64,000 nt of DNA from Octopus vulgaris (GCA_951406725.2 OX597828.1:41602001-41666000); one strand, 5' to 3'. Numbered from the stretch's first letter, positions 39,876 through 55,753 are shown. Numbers and translations are program-made. Notes: generated from the letters alone by a model not told the origin.

Positions 39876-40321
39876 TTGAAAATTAAGGATGACACTTTTA
39901 ACATCTCTTATAAAGTTTTTTCTAAAGCCTTGTAAAGTCTGATATATTCTTTGGTAGTCTTATACCATCTTATAGATATTTATTTTGCAATAAAATACTT
40001 ACTACGGAGAGACTTTTTGAACACCCAGTATTTGCAGAATCTTTAGAGTATCGGCGTCGAATAAGTGACGCCAGGTAGGCGATGCCGAAACGTCTCAGAC
40101 TCTCCTTCTGTACTGCTATAGTACTCTGACTGTACTTCTTCAGTACTCGAATATTACTCGACTCGTCTTCATTGTAATCATGAAAGTACAATCAAAGCAG
40201 GTTGCCTAGTATCATTATAAGCGCTACACCGTTTAATCTAGATCAAACATGGGTTACTTCTTCTCTCTCTCTCTCTCACTCACTCACTCACTCACTCACT
40301 CTCTCTCTCTCTCTCACTCAC

Positions 40322-40362
<41 letters not shown>

Positions 40363-40696
40363 GTCCAACTACAATATACCATGCGTCGGTACGGTCAGTG
40401 GAGAGGAAGTGCTCTAGGAGGAGAGTAAGGTCAGGGTCAAAATATTTAACGAAAGGTAAATGCATTCCCCATATGAACACCACTGTCATTACCACGGCGA
40501 CGACGACGACGACGACAAGCACCACCACCACCACCGCCACCACCACCACCACCATCACCACCACCGTCGTCGTCATCATCATCATCATCATCACTATGAT
40601 AGCCATCGTAAACATCATTTTCGCTTGGGATTAAAGCTTCCTTTCATTTTGCATGATTTAATTCCTCATATTGCTGTCAGTTTGTGTGTGAACGTA

Positions 40697-40755
<59 letters not shown>

Positions 40756-40797
40756 GTCTCTCTCTCTCTCTGTGTACAGGATATGTTGTAAGTGTGC

Positions 40798-40881
<84 letters not shown>

Positions 40882-40915
40882 ATACACACACATACACACG
40901 AACACACACACACAA

Positions 40916-40950
<35 letters not shown>

Positions 40951-41094
40951 CACCCACATATATAGAAATGTATATATATATATATGTGGAATATATTAAA
41001 TACTGTAGCTGTATGAATGGCAATGTATGTCTGTACTTGTATCAAGAAGCCAAACCATCACTTCGGCAAAAACTTCGCCGTCGACGCCGCCACC

Positions 41095-41126
<32 letters not shown>

Positions 41127-41131
41127 CAATG

Positions 41132-41183
<52 letters not shown>

Positions 41184-41693
41184 ATACTACTAATACTACT
41201 ACATCTACATCTATAACAACATATTCCCCAATGAAACTGCGTTACCATTCCCAACATATAAAAACAAAACAAAAACAAGCCAACCCCCGCCGCCATCGCA
41301 CCACTCCGCTCCCCCCACACCCGCCTTCACTGCTCCCTCAACGTGCCCTCTTCAGGTCCTTAGGCCAGATATTTAGCTAGTATAAATAATGTCGAGAAAG
41401 AAGGGGACTTGTTTTCTCTCAATCTAAACATCATGTCAATCAGATATGATTACTCAATCTGAGAATTGAAGTTCTCTGTGGAGAGCGAGAAAGCGAAAAA
41501 GAAAGAGACAGAGAGAGATAGAGAGAGAGAGAGAAAGAGTGAGTGAGAAAGAGAGGGGGGAAAGAGGGAGAGAGAGAGAGCGGATCCAAGTGCACATGGC
41601 CGCAGGCTTGGAGCAGTTCACATCAGCTCTTATTAATAACAGCCAAATCTACCCGAAGCAATCGTTAATAACAACTGATGCTTCTTTCTCGAA

Positions 41694-41768
<75 letters not shown>

Positions 41769-41917
41769 TATATATATATACATATACACATACGCACACA
41801 TACGCGCACTCACACACACACACACATATATATGTACGCATACACACATACGCAACATATATATATATGCATATTTATATAAGCTGTATGAACATATCTA
41901 TATATTTAAGTATGCAT

Positions 41918-42060
<143 letters not shown>

Positions 42061-42274
42061 TACATATATACATATGTATGTGTATATATATATATAAATA
42101 TATATATATACATAAATATATATATATATATGCATGTATCTGTATTTGTATATAAACAAATATACATACCTGCATACTCATAATTCATATAAATGTGTGT
42201 GCGTGTGTATGTATCCGTGTGCGTGTATATGTATGCACATTTGCATTATTATCCTCACCACCACCTCCCGATCA

Positions 42275-42510
42275 TTATCACCATCGTTAGTTTACGTCTA
42301 TTTTCTTCCTGCTGACATGGGTTAGACGAGTCTTTCCTTCAAGAACGCCTCGCCAGTCGTTGCGGTCTACTTGTTGCCCTCTTCTTCATAAGGCTCAACA
42401 TCTGAAGACCAGCCTTCGCATATCTCCCCATGCCTTCCTTGCTTTACTGTTTCACTGGCTTCTTCAATACAGATTATTTAGCTCTTCCTTGGTCATCTGT
42501 CATCTTCGAC
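42275..42510 (-). mobile_element. Degenerate RTE-like LINE 3' remnant
   Basis: Minus strand W....KAGLQMLSLMK-like remnant and a CGTCTAACCCATGTCAGCAGGAAG...GACGTAAA-type tail. Confidence 0.45.
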
Positions 42511-42512
42511 AT

Positions 42513-42859
42513 CAATGGTTCTCAACCGTCTTTTATCGATGGACCCCACTTCCTTCATGTTTTACTCCACAGGAGTTCCATAACCATTATGTTTTTTATG
42601 ATTAAACATCCCAATATATATTTTGTGTTGCACAGAATACTCTCTTTTTTTTACTCTTTTACTTGTTTCAGTCATTTGACTGCGACCATACTGGAGCACC
42701 GCCTTTAGTCGAGCAAATCGAGCCCAGGACTTATTCTTTGTAAGCCTAGTACTTATTCTATCGGTCTCTTTTGCCGAACCGCTAAGTTATGGGGACGTAA
42801 ACACACCAGCATCGGTTGTCAATCGATGTTGGCGAGACAAACGCAAACGCACAAACACA

Positions 42860-42897
<38 letters not shown>

Positions 42898-43145
42898 TAT
42901 ATACGACGGGCCTCCTTTAGCTTCCGTCTACCAAATTCACTCACAAGGCTTTGGTCGGCCCGTGGTTATAGTAGAAAACACTTGCCCAAGGTGCCACGCA
43001 GTGGAACAGAACCCGGAAACATGCGGTTGGTAAGCAAGCTACTTACCACACAGCCACTCCTGCGCTTAGGCAATTTATTGCGCAGAAATTTCGACAACAA
43101 AATCTTATATGGACCCCCCCCTCCACCAAGGGTCATGTGGACCTC
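42513..43145 (+). mobile_element. hAT(Charlie)-like MITE remnant interrupted by SINE A (42641-43066, minus)
   Basis: The left end CAATGGTTCTCAACC resembles the hAT TIR CAGTGGTTCTCAACC; repeated (AT)GGACCCC subterminal motifs; right TIR not seen. Confidence 0.55.
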
Positions 43146-43266
43146 AACGCAGTCCCTTCTCTTGTTCACTACATTCGATCCCTCTTATCCCTTAAAAAAA
43201 AAAAAATTCATTTTCCGTTGTTTCGCAGTTGTTTTATCCTTCATTCTCGCTAATGATTTCATTTCA

Positions 43267-43510
43267 TTATTTACATAAACGACATGTTAGTCTACCGCCG
43301 TTCTTTAACATGTTGGCCTGGCAGCTCCTTGTAGGTAGGCATTGATCTTGGGCTGCTATCATAAACCCTTCTCTTTCTGATTTTAAGCCAGAAGACACTA
43401 ACCATTGATAGGTAAGTGCTTTGTCAAAATCGGCACTTTTTGGGTATATGCCATGGAGAAGATTTTCTTTCCATTTATCAGTAAGAATATCCACGGCAGC
43501 AGTTTCGCAA
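43267..43510 (-). mobile_element. R4/Dong-like LINE internal fragment
   Basis: KWKENLLHGIYP...QWLVSSGLKSEREGFMIAAQDQCLPTR...CRLC matches the post-RT ETEG..AAQDQ..L.T / CRLC zinc-knuckle region. Confidence 0.85.
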
Positions 43511-43773
43511 TTATTATTATCGTTAGTATAATTATTGATGTTCTTCTTGTTATTGATATTTGCTGTTGACGATCCTTTTCATCTAACCCTTAATCCTCGA
43601 CCACAAATTTCTGTACAAATATAACAGTATGTGTGTGTTTGTATTTGCGCGCGTGTGTGAATGTATATATATATATATATATATATATTTATGTATGTAT
43701 GTATGTATGTATGTATGTATGTATGTATGTATGTATGTATGTATGTATGTATGTATGCATGCATGTATGTATG

Positions 43774-43810
<37 letters not shown>

Positions 43811-44329
43811 ATGCATGAATGTATGTATGTATGTATGTATGTATATATATATATATATATATGTATATGTATATGTGTGTGTGTATACATGCACATGTAT
43901 AAACATGTGTATACATATATGAATATATATGTATATATGCTCACATATAGATATATATATGCATTTATATATAAATGTATGCATATACATATGTGTGTGT
44001 GTGTGTTTGTATGTGTGTGTATGTGTATATGTGTGTGCGTGTATGTGTATGCATGAATGTGTGCAGATATGTTCGTATGCATGGAACTAATGACAAAGTG
44101 GTTTGCAGTTACTGAATTAGAAAAAAACAAAAAGAGGTAAAAAGTAACTTAGTCAAATTATTTTAGTGATTTAGTGATTTGGTGTGGATAGAGAAGAAGT
44201 TTTTCGTGATTCTTAACCAATTCCAACGTGTGGAAGTGGCGGCAATCGATGTCATGCTGAGGAAAGTCAACAGAGAAATAGATTCAAATTTTTCCTGATT
44301 TCCCAAGAGCAGTTATATTTTTGTCTTAC

Positions 44330-44370
44330 CTGTGTTAGAATTTCATTGCAGTCGGTTGTTCCATATCTCC
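44330..44370 (-). other. Candidate 41-nt exon of a minus-strand host transcript
   Basis: (CT)n-ccttctag|GGAGATATGGAACAACCGACTGCAATGAAATTCTAACACAG|gtaaga; one open frame (xRYGTTDCNEILTQ). Confidence 0.4.
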
Positions 44371-44452
44371 CTAGAAGGAGAGAGAGAGAGAGAGAGAAAG
44401 AGAAAGAGATAATCTTATATAGGTGTGTGTGTATACCTTTGTATGTATGTAC

Positions 44453-44527
<75 letters not shown>

Positions 44528-44749
44528 AATCTATCTATCTATCTGTCTATTTAGCTATCTGTCTATCTCTGTATATATACACATATACTTACACACACAT
44601 ACATATATATTCATATATACACACTGATGCATACATGTATACATGTATGTATGTATGTATATATATATAAATATATATATATATCAGTGTGTGTGTGTAT
44701 GCATATATATAATATTTAGAGATATGTATATACATATATACATATATAC

Positions 44750-44795
<46 letters not shown>

Positions 44796-45307
44796 GTATA
44801 AGTATACGTATATATGTATATATGTATGTACATATATATATGTATGCATATATATGTATGTATATATATGTATATATATATATATATACATATGTATATA
44901 TATATATATTCCTACACACACGCACATAGACGAATACACACATACATGCAAGCACATTATTTATTTTTTACGTTTACACATCTACTCCTCTTTCTACTCT
45001 CTCTCTCTCATTCTCTCTCTTTATCTCACATACACATACACGCACGCATACATATTTCTGTTACTATTCCCTTCACCATCACCATTCCCTCTGTAGGTGT
45101 GACACCAATCTAAAGTCTCTCATGTTAGAGCTGTATACAAATATTGATAAATCTACTCATTTAAACATAGTTAAATGTACGCGTTTACAGTTGTTGTTGT
45201 GGTAATGGTGATGGCTGTGAAGGTCTAATACTTCACTGTTTGTCTCTTTGCCTCCCGTCTCTTTCTCTCTCTGTTTCTCTCACTCTCTCCTATATATATA
45301 TATATAT

Positions 45308-45364
<57 letters not shown>

Positions 45365-45545
45365 CAAATAAATAAAACATAATATCATGAATAGCGATAG
45401 CGAAACCGGTCGATGTATTAAAAATTATATTAAAACTATGTAAGTGTGCGTATTTTTCTTTTTTTAATTTCTTATATACATTACAACTCACAACGTGGGG
45501 ATGATCGAAATTCCTCTTTTCTGTTACTACTATACACACACACAC

Positions 45546-45626
<81 letters not shown>

Positions 45627-46397
45627 TATATATATATATATATTTATAAAGGATGTGTTATATTCTACATATGCATTATATTACATCTGATGATGTAAGG
45701 TTATAGACACAGAAAACTAGGGCTCAGGTTAACTTGGTGCCTAATCTCCAAATTGAACTGCAACTAAAGTGCATTATGGCTGCTTAATGAACATTTGCCC
45801 TCGTCGGTGTTTCCTTCGAGCTTGTACGTCCATAATAGAATAAAAGCATAAACGGCCAAACAAGTAGCATCAGATCAGACATTGTCATGTCTTGAGAGTA
45901 GTAATGAAAGTTTCAAGAGCTTAGAACACAAGAGGCCAATAAAAGATCGGTTGAAAAATGTTCATAACGACTTTGGTATATGCTGGTTATCGGAGATAGA
46001 ATCCAAAGCGGGATGAGAAGAAAAGAGGGAGGAAGGAAGAGAGGTCTGCAGATAGTATCTTAAATTTATTTGGTGGATATAGCGCAGATGGTGCGTTTCC
46101 CCGAAAGCGATCGGAAGCCAACATAATAATTGCAATCTATTCCATCATCGGAGGAAGAATGAGAAAGAGCTTTAACAGAAAGTAATGATATACTAGTTGC
46201 GGAAGGTATACAGAGGTGAGCTTAAATGAGAAGCAGAAAATTACCGTTGATGAATATCTGAATTTCTTTCACAAGAAACTTAATAAATCTAATAAAACCG
46301 TCAGTGAATGGGAGCTAACGAGGAGGTTAGAAGTATTTTCTCCTAAATCGCCCCACTTCAATTTTAAAGACTATAAGCATATTTTAATATTAAACTA

Positions 46398-46512
46398 GCC
46401 TTTCATCTTTTGGGGATCAATAAAACAAGTACCAGTTTTGCACTGGGGTCGTTGTAATTAACTTATCCCTCCCCTAAAATTGCTGGCCTTATGCCAAAAT
46501 TTGAAACCAATA
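46398..46512 (+). mobile_element. SINE family B 3' fragment
   Basis: GCCTTTCATC...AAGTACCAG...CTGGGGTCG...GGCCTTATGCCAAAATTTGAAA. Confidence 0.75.
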
Positions 46513-47437
46513 TTAAATCATCCATTTGGCTAATTTGCTTTACTAGATGTGACCTTGGCCGGATTAGCATGAATATCCTGTACATGATCATAATCATTGT
46601 AAACAATAAGTTGGTCTCGTACAGGCGAAGTTATCTTTTTTTTCTCGATAAGAACTCATCTTTCCCACAGTTTGATATTAATAATTACTCTGAATAAATC
46701 TCCTGTCCTCTGAAATAAAGCCCTTATCTTTGCTATAAAACTCACTGACATTACGCCTTGAGAAATAGACATTATTCGAGAAGCTAGGAAGACTCTTGTA
46801 GCATCTAATAACAAGATGTAGTGTCTAGTTTTCTAATATTGATTTCTTCGACATAACTATGGGTTCCTCCGACTCAACTCCTTCGACAGTTTCGTCTTTA
46901 CTTTCTTTCAATCTGTAGCTGTCTTTATTGTTACGACGTTCTTCTCGTTACTTTAGGGCTAGATAACCACCAGCAACACGAAAATTATAGCATCGCGATC
47001 AGCCAGTAAAAGTGGGCAGAGAAACATTCTTTGATATACACTCCATTTATCCTTAAATGTTAAGCAGATTATTTTTAGTATTATTAAATTCAATTTCCCA
47101 TCACAACACCCGTACCATTCAATTTTTAAGTTACCAACAATTAAATTATTATAGTCAGCAGCACCTAACACCCAATCACATGGGCATCAAATAGGCGAAA
47201 AATCAACCGATATAACTCATATAGAACGAGAAAAATGAAGATAACAACAACAACAACAACAATAATAATATGGAACTTTACTTTTCAAACTGACAGAAAT
47301 ATAGATGCAAATAGCCCAAACGTTATATTGAAGGTTTTCAAACAAAAATCATGTCTTTTCATCGATATGACTGTCCTAATCGGCATAAAAAAATGATAAC
47401 GATGATGATGATGATGATTATGACCATGATGATAATA

Positions 47438-47834
47438 ATTTCAAATTTTGGCACAAGGCCAGTAATTTCGAGGTGGAGGTTAGTCGATTACGTCGACTAC
47501 AATGCATAACTGGTACTTATTTTATAGACACGAAAAAGATGAAAGGCAAAGTCCACCTCAGAGCATAAAAATGGATGAAATGCCGCTAAGCATTTTTCAC
47601 GGAGTGCTAACGATTCTGCCACAACAGCAACAACAACAACCGATGGTGGTGTGTTTACGTCCCCCGTAACTTAGCGGTTCGGCAAGCTTCTATCAGTTCC
47701 CGTCTACCAAATCCACTGACAACGCTTTGCTCGGCCTGAGGCTTTTAGTAGAAGACACTTAAGATGCCGCGCAGTGGGAATGAACTCGGAACCATTCGGT
47801 TGGGAAGCACTTACCACACAGCCACTCCTGCGCA
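47438..47834 (-). mobile_element. SINE B (47438-47621, minus) followed by a rearranged SINE A (47638-47834)
   Basis: The family A tail segment is on plus and joined to a family A head on minus. Confidence 0.78.
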
Positions 47835-47844
47835 TACATATATA

Positions 47845-49025
<1,181 letters not shown>

Positions 49026-49236
49026 TTCATCAGTTATAAACACACTGCACAGCTGCAAAGGAAGAGATTATATAAATCAAGAACAACTACAACAATAACA
49101 ACAACAACAACGACGACGACAAAAATAGCAATAAACAAAAGAACAAAACAAAACAACAGAAAAGTAAACAAGAATGAAAAACAAAAGGAAAATATAAACA
49201 AACAGCAAAAAAGAACACACTAAAACATACAAGTTT

Positions 49237-49307
<71 letters not shown>

Positions 49308-49464
49308 AGTCATGCACGTGCACAGACACACACAAGCACACACAAGCATAAAAACACGTGCAGACAATCACACACACACATATATATTCTCTTTCTGTGT
49401 ATACATATATACACACACACATATATATATATAGATAGATATACTATATATATATATATGTGTA

Positions 49465-49505
<41 letters not shown>

Positions 49506-49506
49506 A

Positions 49507-49549
<43 letters not shown>

Positions 49550-49597
49550 GTATACATATACATACGTGTATACATACAAATACACACACACACACAC

Positions 49598-49630
<33 letters not shown>

Positions 49631-49669
49631 TATATGATATATAATATATATATAAATATATATATGTAT

Positions 49670-49748
<79 letters not shown>

Positions 49749-49770
49749 CACACACTCACACACACACACG

Positions 49771-49849
<79 letters not shown>

Positions 49850-49954
49850 AGATGAAAATTAAGGGAACACTATTCTGCAGCGCTATGTTGTATGCAATAT
49901 GGAAATGGCGTTATCAGTGTTAGGAATATAACCATCAACACCACTATCGCCGTC

Positions 49955-50024
<70 letters not shown>

Positions 50025-50309
50025 CCACAGTCGCCACCGCCGCGCCATCACCATCGGCATCAGTATCACCATCGGCATCATCATAATCATCATCGTCACC
50101 GTCGATGATAGCAGCAACGTCACTAGCACCACAACCAGCGCGGTCACCACCATCAGCCGCCGTAGTAGCAGTGGAGACTGCTCTGAAGCCTGACATAGTG
50201 CGATAGAGTTATTATGCATATGTGTAGAAAGGGTGCTGCATATAACAGCTGAGGCAGTTTGTTTGTTGTTGTTTCATTGCAAGGGGTGTGATACAGTTAT
50301 GTGTGAATG

Positions 50310-50349
<40 letters not shown>

Positions 50350-50373
50350 TATACACACACACACATACATATG

Positions 50374-50427
<54 letters not shown>

Positions 50428-50606
50428 GTATATATATATATATATATATGTATATGTATATGTATATATATACATATATATATATATACATACATATATG
50501 TATATATATATATGTATATATGCATACATACATTAGATATATTACATACACGCATACATACATACATACATTACATACATTACATAATACATATACATAC
50601 ACACAA

Positions 50607-50639
<33 letters not shown>

Positions 50640-50956
50640 CACATATATGTGTGTGTATATGCATTCATACACACGTATAAACACTGACATACATATATGT
50701 ATATAGATGCGCAAGTATGATTATGTGTATGCACATATATGTATATGCATGTAGTACACACACAAATACATGGCAAACATGCGTATACATAGATAAACGC
50801 ATGCATAAAGTGATCATGTATTTCTATATACACATGTATACATACATACACACAAGAAAATTCATAACTTGGTAAATCGCATCACCAGTTATGTTACTCT
50901 GGGTATCAACTTTTCATATATTTATATACATACATACACACACACACACACATACG

Positions 50957-51382
50957 CTTTTACTCTTTTACTTGTTTCAGTCATGTGACTGTGGCCATGC
51001 TGGAGCACCGCCTTTAGTCGAGCAAATCGACCGCAGGACTTATTCTTTGTAAGCCTAGTACTCATTCTATCGGTCTCTTTTGCCGAACCGCTAAGTTACG
51101 GGGGACGTAAACACACCAGCCTCGGTTGCCAAGCGATGTTTTGGGGGACAAACACAGACACACAAACATATTTATATATATATATATATATACACATACA
51201 CACACATACACACATTTATAAACATATATACGACGGGCTTCTTTCAGTTTCCGTCTACCAAATCCGCTCACATGGCTTTGGTCGGCCCGAGGCTATAGTA
51301 GAAGACACCTGCCCAAGGTGCCACGCAGTGGTATTGAACCCAGAACCATGTGGTTCGTAAGCAAGCTACTTACCACACAGCC
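50957..51382 (-). mobile_element. SINE family A, near full length
   Basis: High similarity to 62248-62688. Confidence 0.92.
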
Positions 51383-51554
51383 ATATATACGTTGCGTTGG
51401 TTAAGTCAGTGTCTAGGTACTCTGAGTTTCGCTTGTGGTTGCAGTGACTCCAGCCAAGTCATATTATCATGCCTGAAGATCCTGTATATTCTAAGATGAA
51501 ACGCAGAGTAACAAGAGACTAACTCGATCAAAATAAAACACATTGATAATCTCT

Positions 51555-51924
51555 GGTCTGGAAGCACTCCGTCGGTTCCGACGACGAGGGTTCCGGTTGA
51601 TCCGAATCAACGGAACAGCCTGCTCGTGAAATTAACGTGTAAGTGGCTGAGCACTCCACATAAACGTGTACCCTTAACGTAGTTCTCGGGGATATTCAGC
51701 ATGACACAGAGAGTGACAAGGCCGGCCCTTTGAAATACAGGTACAACAGAAACAGGAAGTAAGAGTGAGAGAAAGTTGTGGTGAAAGAGTACAGCAGGGA
51801 TCACCACCCCCTGCCGGAGCCTCGTGGAGCCTTAGGTGTTTTCGCTCAATAAACACTCACAACGCCCGGTCTGGGAATCGAAACCGCGAGTCCGCTGCCC
51901 TAATCACTGGACCATTGCGCCTCC
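51555..51924 (-). mobile_element. SINE family C, full length, with an 11-bp TSD
   Basis: TGATAATCTCT at 51544-51554 and 51925-51935. Confidence 0.93.
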
Positions 51925-52377
51925 TGATAATCTCTACTATTCTCCTGAGTACTCTTTTTTTTTCCAGAGAGTGAACACTAAACGAGTATACACCTATATA
52001 CGTACTCACACTCACAATAATACCTCGGTTAGTGCTTTAGATATGTTCCTAAAATGGCAGCGCTAAATGAAATAGCGTTAAACGGAACCTAATTTAAGAT
52101 AACATAAGCAAAACTGTGATGTTGATTCGCTTTTCTTTGAAACTATGACGCAAGTAAAAATGAATGTGACATATCACCATTTGAAGAATCTAAAGGCCTC
52201 CACCATAACCCTCACTGTTGCATACAGGAAGTACTTAACTTCAAATATCCACGCTCTGTGTAAGGTTTTATATTGTGATTTCAAGTTAGAATAAATTTAC
52301 ACCATGTTCATATTTTAGCTTTTGCTGATCTTATTCATACCAGGCACTAAGCTGGAATTTGTATTTGATCCGTGAAA

Positions 52378-52782
52378 GGGTACGATCGTGTATACAAGCG
52401 GCCAAAATGGGGTTCCTCTGGAGGATCTCTGGATTAACGTTACTCGAAAAGGTGAGTAGCTCGGGGAATCAGGGAATCTCTTCGAGTCGAGCCACTACTT
52501 CGTATTGAGAGATCACAGCTCCGGTCAACGGCCATGTGATTAGAATTCGCAGGGGAAGAATCGCCAGACGAATTCTTCGAGGCGAGGCAACTGGCAAGAG
52601 ACCTTGTGGTACACCAAGAACTACTCGGTTGGCTAATATCCATAATCTCATTTGGTCACACTTGAGATTCGAGCCGGAAAGTCCAACGATGGTTGCCTCT
52701 GATAAGACCCTATGGGGGAGGTATCTGAGGAATCTACCCCACAACCTCCACTGAATGGTGAGATGAGAAGATGAATGGATAG
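52378..52782 (+). mobile_element. RTE-clade LINE 3' remnant
   Basis: Frameshifted IQAAKMGFLWRISGLTLL...IRESLRVEPLL.IERSQLR..GHVIR...IARRIL..GKRPCGTPRT, typical of the RTE C-terminal domain. Confidence 0.85.
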
Positions 52783-52833
52783 AGGATTTTATAAACCAAG
52801 TTTAAAGTTATGTCACCTATACTTGAATAAAAT

Positions 52834-52902
<69 letters not shown>

Positions 52903-52904
<2 letters not shown>

Positions 52905-53036
52905 ATAGGCTTCTTTCGATTCCCGTTTACCAAATCCACTCACAAGGTTTTAGTCGGACCGGAGCAGTTGTAAAAGACAGTGGAACTGAAACCGGAATTA
53001 TATGGTCGGGAAATATACTTCTTACCACACAGCCAC
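52903..53036 (-). mobile_element. SINE family A 5' fragment
   Basis: Head similarity. Confidence 0.7.
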
Positions 53037-53566
53037 GCGTGCAAGACAAAATTAACTTCCAGAAGTTCAATCTGAACAGTTACCACAACGACTGCAGTCG
53101 TTGCACTAAAATATAAAGACAAAGTGATAGGTAGATCTATTCTCGTTTATCACGGTTGTTTGTATAAAAAAATAACACTGTGTTAAATGAATCGGCGATT
53201 AATGAATAACAGAACATAGGTTGGGAAACGTTATGTTCCAAGACTTCAAGTTGTTCTGAGCATTGCGGATGGTAGTTGGGGAGCGCTTTTGCCCTTCAGG
53301 TAGAATCCTTGTCTGATCGCAGATCCGTATTATCACAGATCAATGCGTGATAAATATAACACGGTTCGCACTTGAACGTATCGTGTTATCCTGGATCAGT
53401 GAATGAATCAATAAAAAACATAACTAGATCAATTTATGGTATAGATTCTACAGAACTGAAAATTAAAATCAGAAACCAGGTGCTTTTTAATTTCCACCGA
53501 CATTTTTAATTAGTCACTCAACGAATTCTGTCAACTTCATTTTAACTTCACAATTGCAATATATGA

Positions 53567-53867
53567 AGGTAGCGGATGAGCAGAATCGGTAGAGCATCGG
53601 AGAAAACGCCTTGCGGTATTTGTTCGGGTTCTTTTATGTTCAGAGTTCGAATATCGCGAAGGCAAACTATGTCTTTCCTCACTCTGGAATTGGTAAAATA
53701 AACTATCAGTCAAGTACTAGAGTTGATTTAATCGACTAATCGCAAGGCTTTGGTCGACCCGAGGCTATAATAGAAGACACTTGCCCAAGGTGCCACGCAG
53801 TAGGTCTGAACCCAGAACCATGTGGTTGGTAAGCAAGCTACTTCCCACACAGCCACTCCTGTGCCTA
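53567..53867. mobile_element. Diverged SINE B (53567-53741, plus) abutting a SINE A head (53742-53867, minus)
   Basis: Family similarity. Confidence 0.78.
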
Positions 53868-53893
53868 TGTTAAATCAATAAGTTAAATATAGT

Positions 53894-54045
53894 TAAAATC
53901 AATAAAAGAGTACAGTGAACTTGCTATGGGGAGACGAAAATCAAACGTTTCTGACAGACGATGTGTTCTTGAAGAAGGATTATCTCCGAAACGTTGGATT
54001 TCGCAGTCCCTATGGCAAGTCCACTGTACTCTTTATCGATTTTTA
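53894..54045. mobile_element. PLE-type fold-back with a minimal hammerhead-like motif (53966-53998, plus)
   Basis: ~58-bp diverged inverted arms 53894-53951 and 53988-54045; UUC-UUGAAGA-A-GGA(UUAUC)UCC-GAAAC-GUU-GGA. Confidence 0.68.
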
Positions 54046-54099
54046 TCACATAATTTTAGTTTTACCGATGCAGACATACACCAACATCGTTGGAGTCTG

Positions 54100-54720
54100 A
54101 TCATATATTACAATCTATATATATCACCTACCTCGTATATTCATGTACAATCTAACCCGGCATATTACTACACAATATAGCCAAGTATATCATTGTACAG
54201 TCTACGCTCAGCATATTACTATGCAATATATACCAGTATATCACTATTTATCCTACCCTAGTATACAACTCTACAATACAACTTACCCCAGTATATCATT
54301 TTACAATATGCACCCGTATAGCCCTGTACAGACTATACCTGTATATCTCTATGCAATATACGTAGTATATTGCTATGCCATGTACCCCACTATATTACAA
54401 AACAGTCTACCTCCATAATATCACTTTACAATCTACCCCGATATATCACTATACAATCTAGTTCCTGTTTACCGTTATATCGTATCTACTTTAGTATAAC
54501 AGGAATCTACCCTGTAGAATTACTGCAAAATCTACCCCAAAGTATTTCTGTATTATATACCCAAGTGTGCTACAATAGTTCTACCCCAGTGTATCCCAAA
54601 CCAAACTACGCTATATATTACGGGTACAGTCTACGCCAATATCACGAGTTTACAATCTACTCCAGTGTACCTCAGTACAATCTATCGCAAAATATTACTA
54701 CGCAGTCTATCCTACCCGAA
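54100..54720 (+). repeat. Old degenerate ~25-bp minisatellite (consensus ~TACAATCTACCCCAGTATATCACTA)
   Basis: Recurrent TACA(A/G)TCTACC and AGTATATCA words. Confidence 0.75.
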
Positions 54721-55753
54721 TGTGACTATCACAAAAATTGTGCGTGCATGTGTGTATGCGTATGTGTCTCTGTTCCATGTGTGTGTTAATATGTGTTTGA
54801 GTATCTGTGTCTATATGTTTATCTGACAGTATGTGTGTGTGTATATATGTGTGCGTGTGTTTGTATGGGTGTGTATGTGTTTGTATGTATGTGTTTGTAT
54901 GTGCTTGGTATGTGCGTGTATGTGTTTGTGTGTGTGTATGTGCTTGCATGTGCGGGCATTTGTTTGTATGTGCGTGTATGTGTTTGTATTTGTGTGTATG
55001 TGTTTGCATGTTTGTATGTGTGTGTATGTGTATGCGCTCGTATGCGTTTGTATGGGTGTGTGTGCTTGTATGTGTGTGTATGTGTTTGTATGATTGTAAG
55101 TTTTTGTGTGGGTGTGTATGTACTTGTATGCGTTTGTATGGGTTTGTATGTGTGTGTTTGTATGTGTGTAGTTGTTTGTATGTGTGTGTATGTGCATGTA
55201 CGTGTTTGAATGTGTGTATGTGTGTGTATGGGTTGTGTTTTTGTGTTATCATTTTGCTTGTGTTGTGTCTGTCCGGATCTTGATATCACTATTCGCGCGT
55301 TTGAGTATCTGTGTAATAGTGTGTGTATATATATATATATAGAAGTGTGTGGATGTGTATGCGTATGTATAAATGTGTTTGTATGTGTGTGTGCATGTGT
55401 GTGCGCGTGCGCGTGCGTGAATCTACGAAGGTATGTATCAATGGTAAATGTCTTGAGGAGTCAAGATATTCGTGTTTAAACACATGCTTGAATCTATGTG
55501 CATGGGTGTATATCATTGGGTGTACGTATGTGTGCGTGTGTGCGTATGCGCGTGTGTAATAAGAAAGAGAGAAAGAGAGAGAGAGAGAGAGAGAAGAGAA
55601 AGAGAGAGAGGAACAAAAAAGAAAGAGAACGAGAGAAAGAAAGAAGTGTGGGGAAAGCGAGATAAACAGAAAGAAAAGAAAATGTTTCTTTACAATCTGT
55701 TGTGTGTGTGTGTGTGTGTGTGTGTATGTTCATGTGTGTGTGTACCTATATGA

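Noticed and set aside
40030-40105. Hammerhead-like 3' half (GTATCG...CGATGCC-GAAACGTC)
   Set aside because: No recognisable CUGANGA box upstream.
45780-46260. Possible very old LINE ORF2 remnant on the minus strand
   Set aside because: Only vague motif echoes across frameshifts; cannot be supported without a profile search.
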